From Leptogorgia sarmentosa (taxonomy: Eukaryota), in NCBI GenBank assembly GCA_964658305.1, contig OZ210885.1, positions 20,584,001 to 20,648,000 on the forward strand: a stretch of DNA of 64,000 nt, read 5' to 3'. Below, piece by piece: positions 25,701 to 38,276 of this stretch. The translations under genes and the position numbers were made by a program. A model generated the notes under the pieces. It worked only from the letters and a program-made list of their open reading frames with translations, did not search any database and had not been told where the DNA came from. Each line of letters starts with the position of its first letter. The first letter of the stretch is position 1.

Positions 25701-27316
25701 TTGAGACCCAGGCATTCATTCACATTGCCAAAAATTGCAGCCAGGATGGGGACGATGTAACTGCCATCATCGAACACACCTTACGTCACCTCAAAATGGA
25801 GCACCCCGAGATACGGGAAGCAGTATATAGGCAGGACAATGCCGCGTGTTACCATGGTGCTACCACGCTCACAGCCTGTCATAAGATGAAAGATCTTACC
25901 GGAATATCAGTAAAGCGAGTCGACTTCAGCAACCCACAGGGTGGGAAAGGAGCATGTGATAGGAAGGCGGCCTCAGTAAAAGCCCATGTCCGTAGATATA
26001 TCAATGAGGGCCACAACATTGTGTCGGCTGAAGATTTAAGAGATGCATTGTCTAATTCTGGTATGCGTGGCGTTAGAGTATGTCTCGTAGATCTGTCTGG
26101 GGTTAAAACATCTACACCAATGACAATAAATGGCATCAGTCTATTAAATAACTTTCAGTACACAGATAAGAGGCTTATCATGCGAAGAGCTTACGATATT
26201 GAAAAGGGAAAATCATTGAGTTGGTCCAAATTTCCATGTATATATTGACAGAGCTTTACAGGTTAACCTTTAAACTGTGATTCTTTTTGCAGACCGTAAA
26301 GAAGTCCCAAGTAGTGCGTTGCAATTATTGCGCTTTGAACTTCTGCTATATTAGATTCCCTTCACACTTTCATTTGCGCCGTTTATTTTCTCACTGTAAA
26401 TAAACTCCAAGTCGTCCCTTAGTGTTTAATAAAGCGCCTATATACAACAGAATTGTCGTTCTCTTCTATTTCAGAAGCAAAATCAATGACGATGATAAAA
26501 GTAGATGCCGCTTTGTCGAATGGTGATTTTGTACCAATAGTTGTGGCAAAAGAAATAAAGCCGACTGAAACTACATCACAACATGTTGCAGCATCAAAAG
26601 AAGCAAATGAAGATGTCGCATCGAAGTTATTTGCGTGCCCTGTCGATGGGTGCATCAAGTTATATCAGCGATATTCTAATTTGGAAAGTCACGTCCTTCA
26701 CGGTGAATGTCAGTTTGTCGAGGAAAAGCTCAACCTAATCGATAAGGCCAAAGTTTGTTACAGGGAGAAACTTCTGCATGGTTCCACATCGGTCCGTCCC
26801 TTTATAGCAATACATTTGCCTCTCCTCCCTCAAGTGATTCTCTTTCAAAAGGATGGGCTTTGAAAACGGGGAAGCAAGCAAAGCGATTCAGCGAGAAACA
26901 ATGGAGGCCGCTTATTCCATGTTACTGAATTTTTGACACCTCAGCAAATTAATTCCTATTTTTCAAGATTGGCCACGAAATTGAAAAAAGTCAGCTGTCG
27001 TTACAAGGATGCTATATTCGAAATGCGAGAAGAAGATGAAGACACCTTGGCAGCTGGAGAAGAAGATGCTTTCCATATGACCCGTTTGAAGATAATGGAA
27101 GAATGTCAATTGATACATCCCTTGGTTTATGACAATCACAATATTTGCCAATTGACAGCAACCAACAACCTCAAAAAGTTCAACATTTCAATGCTCTGCA
27201 CGATATGCGAGTATTTTCATATAGATTGCTCCCACGTGAACATTCATAGTAAAGATCCTTATATTGTATTGTTGAAAGATCTTGTAAAGATGTGCAGTCA
27301 TACAAGAAAAACTTAG
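22770..27316 (+). pseudogene. Sola3-like DDD transposase, multi-exon, with stops and frameshifts
   Basis: ICPRHR..LG..W, SVRKSLQGLD, QDWAMKVLPQKYRETQADWFGKRGISWH, RQDNAACYH, GGKGACDR, C-terminal FACPVDGC..LESH finger. Confidence 0.8.
23084..23202. mobile_element. Small PIF/Harbinger (Tourist)-like MITE in an intron
   Basis: TTA|GGCCCGTTTC..GAAACGGGCG|TAA with internal hairpin AAACAATGGATAATGA/TCATTATCCATTGTTT. Confidence 0.6.
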
Positions 27317-27394
27317 GATTAAGACCAGACTTACTGCTAGGTGATAAAACGGGTTAATACCGTGGTTGATTTCAAATTTTAGACAAGTGTAACA

Positions 27395-27480
27395 GGCACG
27401 TTTCAGACGTCGAACTTCTCATGTGGCGAACTTAATTGTTTTAATGAAGCACATGATAAGTTCGACGTCTGAAACGAGCC
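27395..27480. mobile_element. 86-bp palindromic MITE, Harbinger-like ends
   Basis: GGCACGTTTCAGACGTCGAACTT..AAGTTCGACGTCTGAAACGAGCC. Confidence 0.6.
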
Positions 27481-28193
27481 ATAGATTACTCCCTTACTCG
27501 CCTATAGTTTTGAGGTTGCACAGTTTCGACGTCCTTCAGTTTCGATGTCCTGTTCACTCAACAGACTATTTAAGTTGAGACCATTTATAACTGGGACCAG
27601 GTAACCACTGAAGCTTAAAGATACAGTGCTTGGGTATAAGCGCGCGGAAGTAAGAAATTCTTGAGAGGAATTCCCCGACAACCGTGTACATCTTACCGTA
27701 ATTGATCAACACGTATGGAAGGAAACATGTATGTATTTCATGCATATAACAAAATACTGTAAAGAAAAAGGGATAGTTGATATTTTACAAGCATTAACAT
27801 GTCATGACTTTGGAAAATAAGAAGTAATAAAAAATAATAACAAAGTTTGTGCACTTCTTTGATCTTGCCGCTTAATTAACGTAAACAACGAATTTTAAGC
27901 AATTTTACCCTTAGTTAACCGGCTCAAACTTTTGAAAATTTGAGTGGCCCAAGAATTTTATTTCACAGTTTGAAAGAGCAACCTTCGTTGTAAATCTGTG
28001 AATAATTTTCATGATCTAATTTGAGGTATCAGTGGAGATATATGAACTGGTATTAGGCATACTTTGAAGTTCAGTGAAATTAGCGACAAGTTCAAAAATT
28101 GCCAGAATAGTCATATGTATATTAAATCCAACTTTAAAGTTTGCAAAATGTTTGCTAATGCATGTATTTTTCAAAAAAATACCTAAAATGCGT

Positions 28194-28412
28194 TGTTCTG
28201 GACTGCGCCCGAGTTTAAGGGGACACCAGGAGAAGTAGGGGATTTTTAGGGATATATGATTTTCAGTGTTAAGACATGTTATAGTGGACCACGGACGGTC
28301 AGTCCACGAAATTTTGACTCATTAAATAAGTGCAAAAGTACAAGAAATAAAGACTTTAATAAGAAGTACAGAATAACGATTGATCATCTGTTTGGTTTGT
28401 GTTCTTTCAACA
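28194..28412 (+). repeat. 5' LTR of BEL/Pao element #2 followed by a PBS-like sequence
   Basis: TGTT at the exact point where the Sola3 TIR match stops; ends AACA; contains AATAAA; followed by TAGTGCCCCGCAACGAGG and then gag. Confidence 0.75.
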
Positions 28413-28736
28413 AAAAAGTAGTGCCCCGCAACGAGGGCACGAATTAGTCAAAATTTCTTGCACCTGAAAGATCACAGAATCGCAAACAAAAGGGAAAATC
28501 AAGGACAACCGACTGCAGAAACAAGCGAAAGACCGTCCTCAAAAGCCCTACCTTGCAAGAGCCACGAATGATTCTTAAAAGGTCAGAAGAATCCTTTTAC
28601 GTTGTATTTATTCGCTGAAATATTATTGTTGTTTTTGTGGGAAAAGCTTGGCCCGCTCATTCTGGACAACGTGTTGCGCGAAATCGAGGCTCCTAATAAA
28701 CATCGCTCAGAATAACCAAAAAACACATAGTTCAAA

Positions 28737-29325
28737 ATGCCAAAAACGGATTTGAAAACTCTTATTGGCAAAAGAGATAATGCGATTCAGTCTGTACAAG
28801 AGCTGTTCGAAGAATTCGAGGCTGTGCTTGCAGTAGAACCTAATTTGGATAGATTAGAAACTATTTTCAATTTAGTAGAAGCCAAGTACCGAAACATAAA
28901 GAAACAACAAGAAACAATCACTGACAGAATTGTAGAGGATAACTTGTCGGGGTCTGATGAGTTACTGAAATCCAACTGTGAAGTGGGTAAAGAACTGACA
29001 AATAACTATTTGCAACTGGCGAGAACCTTTGCAGCTTATTAAAAGAAATTAACCTCAGTGAAATCGTCTGCTGATAATTCAACATCATTGGAAGCGATGA
29101 CTTCAGCAGTCACAAAAATGGCAGAAGCCCTAGAAGGTTCCAATTCCAAGTCAAAAGCTAGTGGCCTCGAACGATTGCCAGTTCCATCTTGGGATGGAGG
29201 TAGAAGATCATACTCCACATGGAAAAAGGAATTTCGTCACTGGATGACTAAATATTCCCAAGATGAAGACGAGCAACTTCAACGGTTTCGTAAGGCTATG
29301 CCAAAAAGCTTTTGGTGGACAGACC
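28737..29325 (+). pseudogene. gag: BEL/Pao #2 gag N-terminus
   Basis: Coiled-coil ORF then LERLPVPSWDG..YSTWKKEF (DUF1759-like); stop at 29040; cut by the hAT at 29326. Confidence 0.8.
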
Positions 29326-29900
29326 CAGGGGCGGATCTAGGGTACGTCCAATCAGTCGCGTGACTGACATATTTTTTGCAAAGAAATAATAAAATAATTA
29401 TTATTATTTCGTAATTTGAATGTTGAATAATTAATTACATTTGGATAATTAATTACGATTATGATATGAAATTCATATCGTAGTCCAGCGAGTTTACAAG
29501 CTCTGTTTTGACTCTTTCTCAAAAGTTTTGAGAAAGCAGTATGCTTGTCTAGAGCAGCGGCGATACGGCAGAAAATGGCAGAATCGGGTGGTGGACTCAG
29601 TCGTGAATGTGCTCATTTGATTGGTCGATACACCGATTTGGACTGATCTGGACTGATCTGTGGGGTGGTCGGACTTATTTGTACCTTAAGGGAGTTTCAG
29701 CAGTCCATTTCTTTCGCGTGGATTGGTCAATTTGAAACTATTGGCAATTTCTATTGGTTAATGTTTTGGACTAATCCGGACTTATTTGCGGCTAGGGGTA
29801 TGAGTCATGAAAATTGCGAAATTCATGCAAAGCAGTCTTTCACATTCTACAATTTGCGCACACTAAAATTTAGAGTTGGAAAGTTTATACTCTGTTCACG

Positions 29901-32900
29901 ATGTCGAGTACTGATTTATACGCTGCCGTTCGAAATGCGATTTTGGAAGACAATAGAACAGACCTTAATAAATTTCTGTTGTGTTTGGAAGAGGATTATC
30001 GTGCAGCAGCGAAAATATCCAGCGAGGAGCTTTTAATATTGTTGTTCAACAACGAAACGGCTCTGAGTAGAGATTTCTCGGCTGAAATTTACGTCCCTCT
30101 CAAAGATCGATGTGGCAGTTCGGGTAACAAAGGGAGAATGTGCACTGCTATAAGGTATGGTTATGTAAATATCAAAAATATAAACTATTATTCATAAAAT
30201 TTGCATTTTCTGAGCAGCCACCAGTCTATTTATAGCGTGTTGCATACTTGCATACCACTGTATGACTAATTCAACAAAGCGATTTGTATTTTGTATTGAA
30301 TGTATTTAATCAGTCATTAATCATTTCATGTTCCATAATTTCTAAATGAAAGATTTCAATTATTTCATGTGTTTTGATATTCCAGAACTTGAGAATGAAC
30401 TAACTTTATTAATGGTGTTGCACTTTTTTAGATCAGAAGTTTCAGGTAATTGCCTTTACAGTTCTGTCTCACTGGTTCTGGTAGGTGACAACAGTTTGAT
30501 ACCTATTTTAAGAAATCTTACTTCAATCGAACTGTTTACGAATGCTAACTTTTATTACCAACACCCTTTATTTTCATCGATTGTGGAAAAGCATAGTGAA
30601 TTTGAAAACAGTTTGAAGAATCTTTTGCTTTGCTCTGTATCACAGGAGTGTTTGGATTCAGGTTTGATGACTGAAGAACTTGTGAAGAAGGAAGCTCTCT
30701 TAAACTGCCATGATAAAAAGTGGTCATCATTTCTTTGTATTTTAGGTCTTTCATCTGTTATAGGAAAAAATATTCAAACATACTACCCAGATTCAGGAGA
30801 AATACGTCATAAACTAATGTTCAACGCTTTGATTAATCCAAGAAACCCTGTCAAATTATGTTCAGATGTGCCTGTTCATATTTTATTTTGCCATGAAGGT
30901 ATTGTTAAACCAGGTGAAAAATTTCATCCTAACCATTTTGTTCCTTTAGTTTTCTATTCCAGCAAATTTAAAAGAAAGTGTTTAAGTGCAACTAGTGCAG
31001 TATCAGCTAAAAAACCGAAATTTGGTAAAAATACTGATGGGGATATTTCCAAGTTTTTTTCAAAAGAAGAAAAACCTGCGGTAAGTGTTTGTACTGAAAC
31101 CAGGGCAGCTAATGTAAGTCTTTCTTCCAAAGCAGAAGTAATTGCTTCAATCAGCATAAGTGATACTGCAACAACATCAAATATTCCTGTCATCTCAAAA
31201 CCACAGCAGCCACCTGAGCATTCATTAGGATGTATTGAACTGTTGGATGACCAGGTAAAAACTTCTTTTCCAGTGAGTAATTCTGATGTAGCTTCTTACA
31301 GGCAAAAAGTTAAAGGATTGAATACTCCTGATATTTGTAATTTAATTAAGAATGTGTTTAGGCCACACAGAAGTTATGTTTTTCCTCGTTTGAGTGAGAA
31401 GAACAAGAGAAGTTTTAAATATGAGTGGCTAGATCTCTTTCCCTGGCTTTGTTATTCAGTGTCTGAAGATGGTGCATATTGTTTATCCTGTGTACTTTTT
31501 GGAGACTGTTTTCCACGTAAAACTCCTAGAATTACTAGATTATTTTCTAAACCTTTTCGTTATTGGAATGATGCCATGGCTACTTTTAAACAGCATGCTG
31601 GAAATAACACTGGTGGAGAAATGGGCCTGCATGCATGCACTTTTCCAATGCTGCTTTGCTTTCTCAAATGTCAGGTGTTACACAACCCATTGTGAACATC
31701 ATGGATGCCAATGTCAAGAAGGAAATTATGGAAAACAGGAAAATTTTAAGACCTATTGTAGATTCGGTTTTGTTTTGTGGCAGGCTTGGCATAGGGCTGC
31801 GGGGTCACCGTGATGACTCCAAGTATCATCCTCAGGTTGGTTGTTACTCTACGGATGGCAATGTTGGTAACTTTGTTGAATCCCTTAATTTTAGAGTCAG
31901 AGCTGGTGATGATACTTTGAAAACGCATTTATCTGATTGTGGGAAAAATAAAAGCTATGTATCTAAGACGAGCCAAAACAAGATCATCAAATGTATTGGT
32001 GAAGTTATATCGGAAAGTCTGATTAAAGAGATCAAGGAAAGTATGTACTACAGCATCATTGCCGATGAAGCTGCTGATTCCTCCCACAAAGAACAGTTAT
32101 CACTTGTTCTGCGATTTGTTGACAACAGCTTGAATATTAGAGAAGAGTTTATGTGTTTTTTGCATTGCAAATGGGGGCTAAGTGGTCAAAATCTTGCTAA
32201 ACTTATTTTAGAAGCCTTAGATGATTTTACGTTGCCAATTGATAATTGCAGGGGCCAAGGGTATGATGGTGCAGGTGCTGTTGCTGGGCACATCAATGGT
32301 TTGGCTGCTCATATCTTAAAAGTTAACCCAAAAGCTCTCTACACCCATTGTTATAGTCATTGGTTAAATTTATCTGTTTGTGACACACTTTCCATACTTG
32401 AAGTAACTAAAATGTTGAAACATGTTGGCCAAGCTGCTAACTTTATTAATATTTCACAGACACGTAACATGCCTTTTGCTGATCATATTAAGGACTCTGA
32501 GCTTAACACTAAGAAGACCAAGCTGGTAAGTCTTTGTAAAACCAGGTGGGTTGAGCGAGTTCAAAGTCTTGACACTTTCCAGGAACTTTTTATCCCATTA
32601 ATTGACACACTACAAGACATGGTTAATGGTGAGTCCCGGGCTAAGCCTTCTCTTTCTGCTGATGCATCATCTTTGCTTACACTAATTACCCAGTTTGATT
32701 TTATTGTTGCATTAGTCATTACCAGACATGTCCTTGATGCTACACTTCCTGTAACCCAGTTATTGCAAGGGAAAAGTATTGATGTTATGGATGGGTTTCA
32801 CTTAATAACGACACTGAAAAACGACGTTACAAACATGCGAACCAACATTGATTTTTACCATGACACTTGGTATGATGAAGCGTTGGAGTTGGCTAAGGAA

Positions 32901-33507
32901 GTAAATATTCAAGAAGCAAAGAAAAGGACTGTTGGAAAGCAAACTACTCGATCAAACCCTCCCAGCAGTTCTTTCTCAGAGCATTATAAATTAACCATTA
33001 CTATCCCTTTATTAGATCATCTTCAAGCAGCTTTGGGTGCCAGATTTGATTTGGACAGCTTAAATGTTTATAAGGGTTTGAGTATTGTGCCAGTAAAGAT
33101 GATGTGACTGGAAAGAGTATTTTAAGACTGTCACCACGTTTTACCACAAAGACTTGCCTAATCCACTTGCTTTAGATGCTGAATTAAGACAGTGGTTTAT
33201 TTACTGGGACACACATAATGGTCCTCTTCCAGATAACGTTATTAAAACTTTGAAGTCTGTTAGTTTCAATGGGTTTGAAAATATTAAGGTTATTTTACGT
33301 ATTTTAGGCACACTCCCAATTACTTCTTGTGAATGTGAGAGGTCAATTTCTGCATTGAGAAATCTGAAAAACTACAAGAGAAGTACAATGGTGGAAGAAC
33401 GTCTAAATGGTCTGGCACTCATGGGGATTCATACTGAAGTTGTTCCTGATGTGGAAAAAATTATAGATAAGTTTGCTCAAGGAAATACTCGTTTAAAATT
33501 CCTGTAA
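29901..33507 (+). pseudogene. hAT transposase with N-terminal OTU/vertnin-like domain, zf-TTF, DUF4371 and dimerisation domain
   Basis: Exon 29901-30154, intron 30155-30431, then SEVSGNCLYSSVS..PNHFVPL, RSFKYEWL..AYCLSC, LRGHRDD, IIADEAAD, GYDGA, THCYSH, CKTRW, CERSISAL; frameshifts near 31640 and 33105. Confidence 0.9.
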
Positions 33508-33628
33508 TATGTTGTACTTTAAATTTCCCTCTGCATATACATATTAATTATTAAACACATATTGCGAATCGTATGGTGCACACATCATTTTTAATTTTTA
33601 AACCACCATCCTTGAATAAGCAAATATC

Positions 33629-34410
33629 AAGAAAACTAAATTTGTCAAAAATCATTTGACAGGAAACATTAAAGGTAGGTTACAGTCGCTTTTGCGCATG
33701 TGCGATGAGTTTGTTTTGAGGAGCCACCTCATTACAATCATAACACGTTTCCAGTCCGACAGCGCAATAAAAATATGTTCCTGTATAAACGCCTTCCATC
33801 TCTCGAAACCATGAAGTAAAAACGCTTTAGATGTGTCTCTTTTCATTTCGTAGCTTCAGATTCGCTGTGAAATTTAGTATTGGAAGATTTATAGCGCGCA
33901 ATAATCAGACTTCACTCCTTGCACAATACAACAATGTAAACATTGCGTTGACCGCGCCTGTTTTTATAACGTCGTCGGACTGGAAACGTGTTATGATTGT
34001 AATGAGGTGGCTCCTCAAAACAAACTCATCGCACATGCACAAAAGCGACTGTAACCTACCTTTAAGAAATATCTATATCATGTATACCGTTAGTAAATGA
34101 CATCATTCTAAGAACGAATATTAAGAAAACTAAATTTGTCAAAACCATTTGATAGGAAACGTTAAGAAATATCTGTATCATGTACAGTATATCGTTAGTA
34201 CATGGCATCATTCTAAGAACGAATATTACGAAAACTAAATTTGTCAAAACCATGCATTTGACAGGAAACGTTAAGAAATATCTGTATCATGTATATCGTT
34301 AGTACATGGCATCATTCTAAGAACGAATATTAAGAAAACTAAATTTGTCAAAACCATTTGACAGGAAACATTAAGAAATATCTGTATCATGTATATCGTT
34401 AGTACATGGC
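33629..34410. repeat. ~100-bp tandem repeat (about 4 copies) in the hAT #2 3' region
   Basis: Unit AAGAAAACTAAATTTGTCAAAACCATTTGACAGGAAACATTAAGAAATATCTGTATCATG.. repeated; the first copy is split by a MITE. Confidence 0.9.
33673..34061. mobile_element. Kolobok-type MITE (389 bp)
   Basis: TTAA TSD (33669-33672, 34062-34065), AGG..CCT ends, ~88-bp near-perfect TIRs; neighbouring repeat units show the empty TTAA site. Confidence 0.88.
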
Positions 34411-34411
34411 A

Positions 34412-34738
34412 ATTAGGAGGGGGGTAAAGGGTTAGAATCGACCGGGATGGTGTGAAACCTGAGCAATTTCACATCCATGAAATGTCCCAAATGGTCACCC
34501 ATTTCTAACCAAACTCCTCCTGCCTTTGGCAGAGATGTGAAGGTGTGTGTCTGGCGCCTCTTAACCAGGCTGCTTATTAGGAGGGGGGTAAAGGGTTAGA
34601 ATCGATCGGGATGGTGTGAAAACTGAGCAATTTCACATCCATGAAATGTCCCAAATGGTCACCCATTTCTAACCAAACTCCTACTGCCTTTGGCAGAGGT
34701 GTGAAGGTGAATGTCTGGCGCCTTATAACCAGGCTGCT
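34412..34738 (+). repeat. Two tandem ~164-bp direct repeats, possibly terminal repeats of a DIRS/Ngaro-like or retrozyme-like retroelement
   Basis: ATTAGGAGGGGGGTAAAGGGTTAGAATCG..CCAGGCTGCT at 34412 and 34576, immediately upstream of a hammerhead. Confidence 0.75.
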
Positions 34739-34756
34739 CCTCAGCCCCTTTCTGAG

Positions 34757-34820
34757 GGCTGTCCATGCTGGATTTGTATCCTAGGCATGCTGATGAGCTC
34801 TGATATTGAGCGAAACAGTC
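34757..34820 (+). ncRNA. Type III hammerhead ribozyme
   Basis: GGCUGUC^ CAUGC[16 nt]GCAUG CUGAUGA GCUC(UGAUAUU)GAGC GAAA CAGUC: intact core and three base-paired stems. Confidence 0.88.
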
Positions 34821-37800
34821 AAAATGTTCATCAATATAATACATGAACGTCCAATTCATTTAATCCCGAGGATAAATGTCTTGGGCTAGGAATGTTTTAT
34901 GAGAAAAATCATGTATTTGATGTTCTTTACACTCTCTTAAATGCTACAAAATGTCACCGTGTTCTACAGAGTTCAACTGTAAACCAAAGATGGGATATCG
35001 TAAAACAGAAAGCGAGATGTCGCAAATGTCTTAAAGCTCACATACTAAAGACTGCAAGAAGGGCGACGGGACAACATGTGATAAGTGTAAGAAAAACCAC
35101 CACCGATCCTTACACAATACCAAACCCTTAAACCTAGATGCCTCTACCTTTCCTGCCAAAGAGATAACACCACAAACCACAACATTGAGATAAACTGTTC
35201 TAAACCCAATAATGACGTTCAGACTGTAACTGGACTATGCCCAATTCAAAAGATAAAAGTAGCAGACGCAAACGGAGTACCTGTAGAAATCCTTGTAATG
35301 TTGGATACCAGTTCCAGTACCAGTCTTCTTTCTAAATCTGCAGCAACGAAACTTGGTTTAAGTGGACCACAAACACATCTAACTATGAACTTAGCTGGAG
35401 GGGCCAAGAAATCTGAAGTTTCAGAAATTGTCGAAATCACCATGGTCCCACCAGTTGAAGAAGATGCAGAGAAAACGCTCCTTGTACACACGGTTAACAA
35501 ACCCTGTAACGGTGCCAAAACAGTTTCAAAGAAGTCGTTGGAAAAATACGCCCACATCAAACCAGTTTCAGAAAAACTCCATTTATCCGGCGGAAGCATT
35601 GACTTACTTCTCGGAACTGACTTTGCAGATGCCTTTGTTGATATACATGCTATACCTGAACGACCTGGAGAACCTATAGCCAAGATGAATTGCTTCGGTT
35701 GGTATGTTATAGGCCAACTTGCAACGAGCAATAGTATAATTCAATCGGTCGATGTTGGTACAATAAGCGTTATAGATGATTTGAATATCCTTTTACAGCA
35801 AGATCTTATCGGAGTTAAACCAACCGAACTGTGTACGTGCAGCGACAGTGAATTACGGGAGAACAAATTCGTTAAGTCACTTTCCGAGTCAACAACGTTG
35901 GTGGAGGGCAGACTACAAATCAAGATGCCCTGGAAAGAGGACGGCCCCCCCAGTACGTAGCAACTATGACATTGCCCTTAAACAAATGCACTCGACTGGA
36001 AGATCATTTAAAAGAAGAGACTGCAGCGAAGCCGTTGACGAAGAAGTTCAGAAGTTAGTCTCCCAAGGGTTTGTCATTAAAGTTCCCTCGGAACAAGTGT
36101 ATCACACGAAACCTGAATGGTACTTGCCACTACAGGCCGTATTCACACCCGACAAGGCAACAAAGCTTCGCCTCGTTTTTGATTTGTCTGCGAAAGGCCA
36201 TGATAATCGCTCACTTAACAACCACCTTGAGAAGGGACCAAATTACATCAACGAGCTTCCCAGCGTTCTTGCCGCCTGGCGATGGAATAACGTTGCCTAT
36301 TCTGGCGATGTACGCAAGATGTTCAACCAGATCATGGTACATCCCGACGACCAAGTGTTCCATCGATTTCTGTGGAGGTGAAGTCCGACTGAAAAGCCAA
36401 CTGTTTATCAATTGTTGCGATTGAGCTTTGGAGATAAGCCAGCACCGGACGTTGCATCTAATTCAATAAAAGTCCTGGCGAAAGCGTCTCAAGTCGATGA
36501 ACCCCAGGCAGTGACAGAACTTGTGCAACATGTGTATGTAGATGATGTTGGAGGATCCTGTTCAACTGTTCAAGAGGCTAAACGAGTCATCACAGGAATC
36601 GATGCAGTACTTGAGAGCGGAAAATTTGAGATCAAAACATGGCACTCGAACAAAAAAGAGATTGATCAAACACAGAATGAAAGATTTACGGACTTGCTCG
36701 GCCATAAATGGGACAAGGAACTTGACAAGTTTACCTTCAAGAAATCGGAAGTACTTTGTAAGCTTGGAGCGTTCACAAAGAGAAGCTGTCTTGCTATTCT
36801 AGCCCAGCTGTGGGACCCGATCGGGCTCATCTCACCTGTCACCATAAAGTTCAGAATAGACCTACAGGATCTTTGGAGTTCAGGCTATGGATGGGATGAT
36901 ATCTTAAACGAAGAAGTCCAGGAGAAATGGGCACAGAACTTGAAGTTAATGAACCATCTATTGACCCTCCAGTTTGACCGAAAGTTGAAGCCAACTGGTG
37001 CAATTGGTCCACCACAAATTCATGGGCTTTCAGATGCCGGGGAACAAGCATATGGAGCAGTGATATTCCTTCGATGGCAGCTCGAAGAATGTAGTTTTTA
37101 CTGCGTTCCAGTCATCATCAAGCCATTCGTTGCGCCAGTAAAGAAGACGAGTATCCCCAGATTAGAATTGCTTGGCTGTCTATGATACCTGTCGGAAGAT
37201 TTTGGACTTTGCGAACGTCAACGAAGCAAAGAAATTCCTATGGGTCGATTCCACAACCGTATTATCTTGGGTAACAACCCCCCCAAGAGAGTTCGGACCC
37301 TTTGTTTCAGCCAGAGTAGCAGAGATTCAAGAAACCGTTGGTACGAACGACTTTCACTACATTAGATCCAGTTTCAACCCGGCCGATGGCCTTACTCGAG
37401 GAATTGAATTGGAACAACTCGAAGGATGGTTAACTGGTCCACCCTTTCTCAAAACACCCAAACCTGAATGGCCGCAATTTAAAGAGGACGAGCAAAAGCC
37501 TAGTGTTGATCTCTCCAAGACTAGAAGAGAGTCCATACCCCGAAAGAAGTCGAAGACCAAAACACAAGTCAGTGCGAATTTTATAGAACAGCTGCCAAGC
37601 TCCATTGCAGGAGATCCAACAAAGGTCGATGACGACGAGTCAAGAGTTCAAACCAACACAGCAACGAATGATCAAGAGGAAAACCCAGTTTTTTCCCATC
37701 TACTGGAAACTTGCTCTACGTTCTCGAAAGCTCGAAGAACACTGGCATATGTTAATCGGTTTATACAAACTGCCAGACGCGTAGATCAACAGGGAGGATC

Positions 37801-38276
37801 CATCACCGTTAAAGAACTCCAGCATGCAGAGAAGCAACTGTTCCAATGCACTCAACGTGACCTAACTGACAGCGTGATTGACAAGCAACTTCTTGTGGAG
37901 ACAGATGAAAATGGTCTGCTCAGAGTACATGGACGGCTTGAGAACATCAGGACCCTCCCAAACGATATGAGAAACCCAATTCTTCTTCCCCGAAATCACC
38001 CACTGGTCTATCTACTCCTGCAACACATCCATAAGACCAATCGTCATTGTGGATACCAGCGATTGATGCATGAGGCAAGAAGGAAATTCTGGATCATTGG
38101 GCTTCGTGGAATGGCGAAATACCTCACTAACAAATGTGTCGTTTGCCAAAAGCTACGCAAGAAACCCCTTGGTCAAATAATGGGACAACTACCAAGTCTA
38201 CGAGTAGCAGCAGCACTTCCTCCGTTCACGAACACTGCAATAGATATGTTCGGTCCGTTTCACATTAGGTTAGGAC

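Larger units (their letters stand above)
21732..28193 (+). mobile_element. Sola3-like DNA transposon with long TIRs; right TIR cut by a BEL LTR
   Basis: Inverted match between ~21961-22370 and ~27777-28193; putative left end TTCA|GAGAGG at 21732 (Sola3 ends are TTAA|GAG). Confidence 0.75.
29326..34410 (+). mobile_element. hAT DNA transposon #2 (same TIR family as #1), right end lost
   Basis: Left TIR CAGGGGCGGATCTAG at 29326 inside gag; no matching right TIR found. Confidence 0.85.

Noticed and set aside
33629..34410. Regular repeats as a CRISPR array
   Set aside because: Whole ~100-bp units repeat head-to-tail; there is no repeat-spacer alternation
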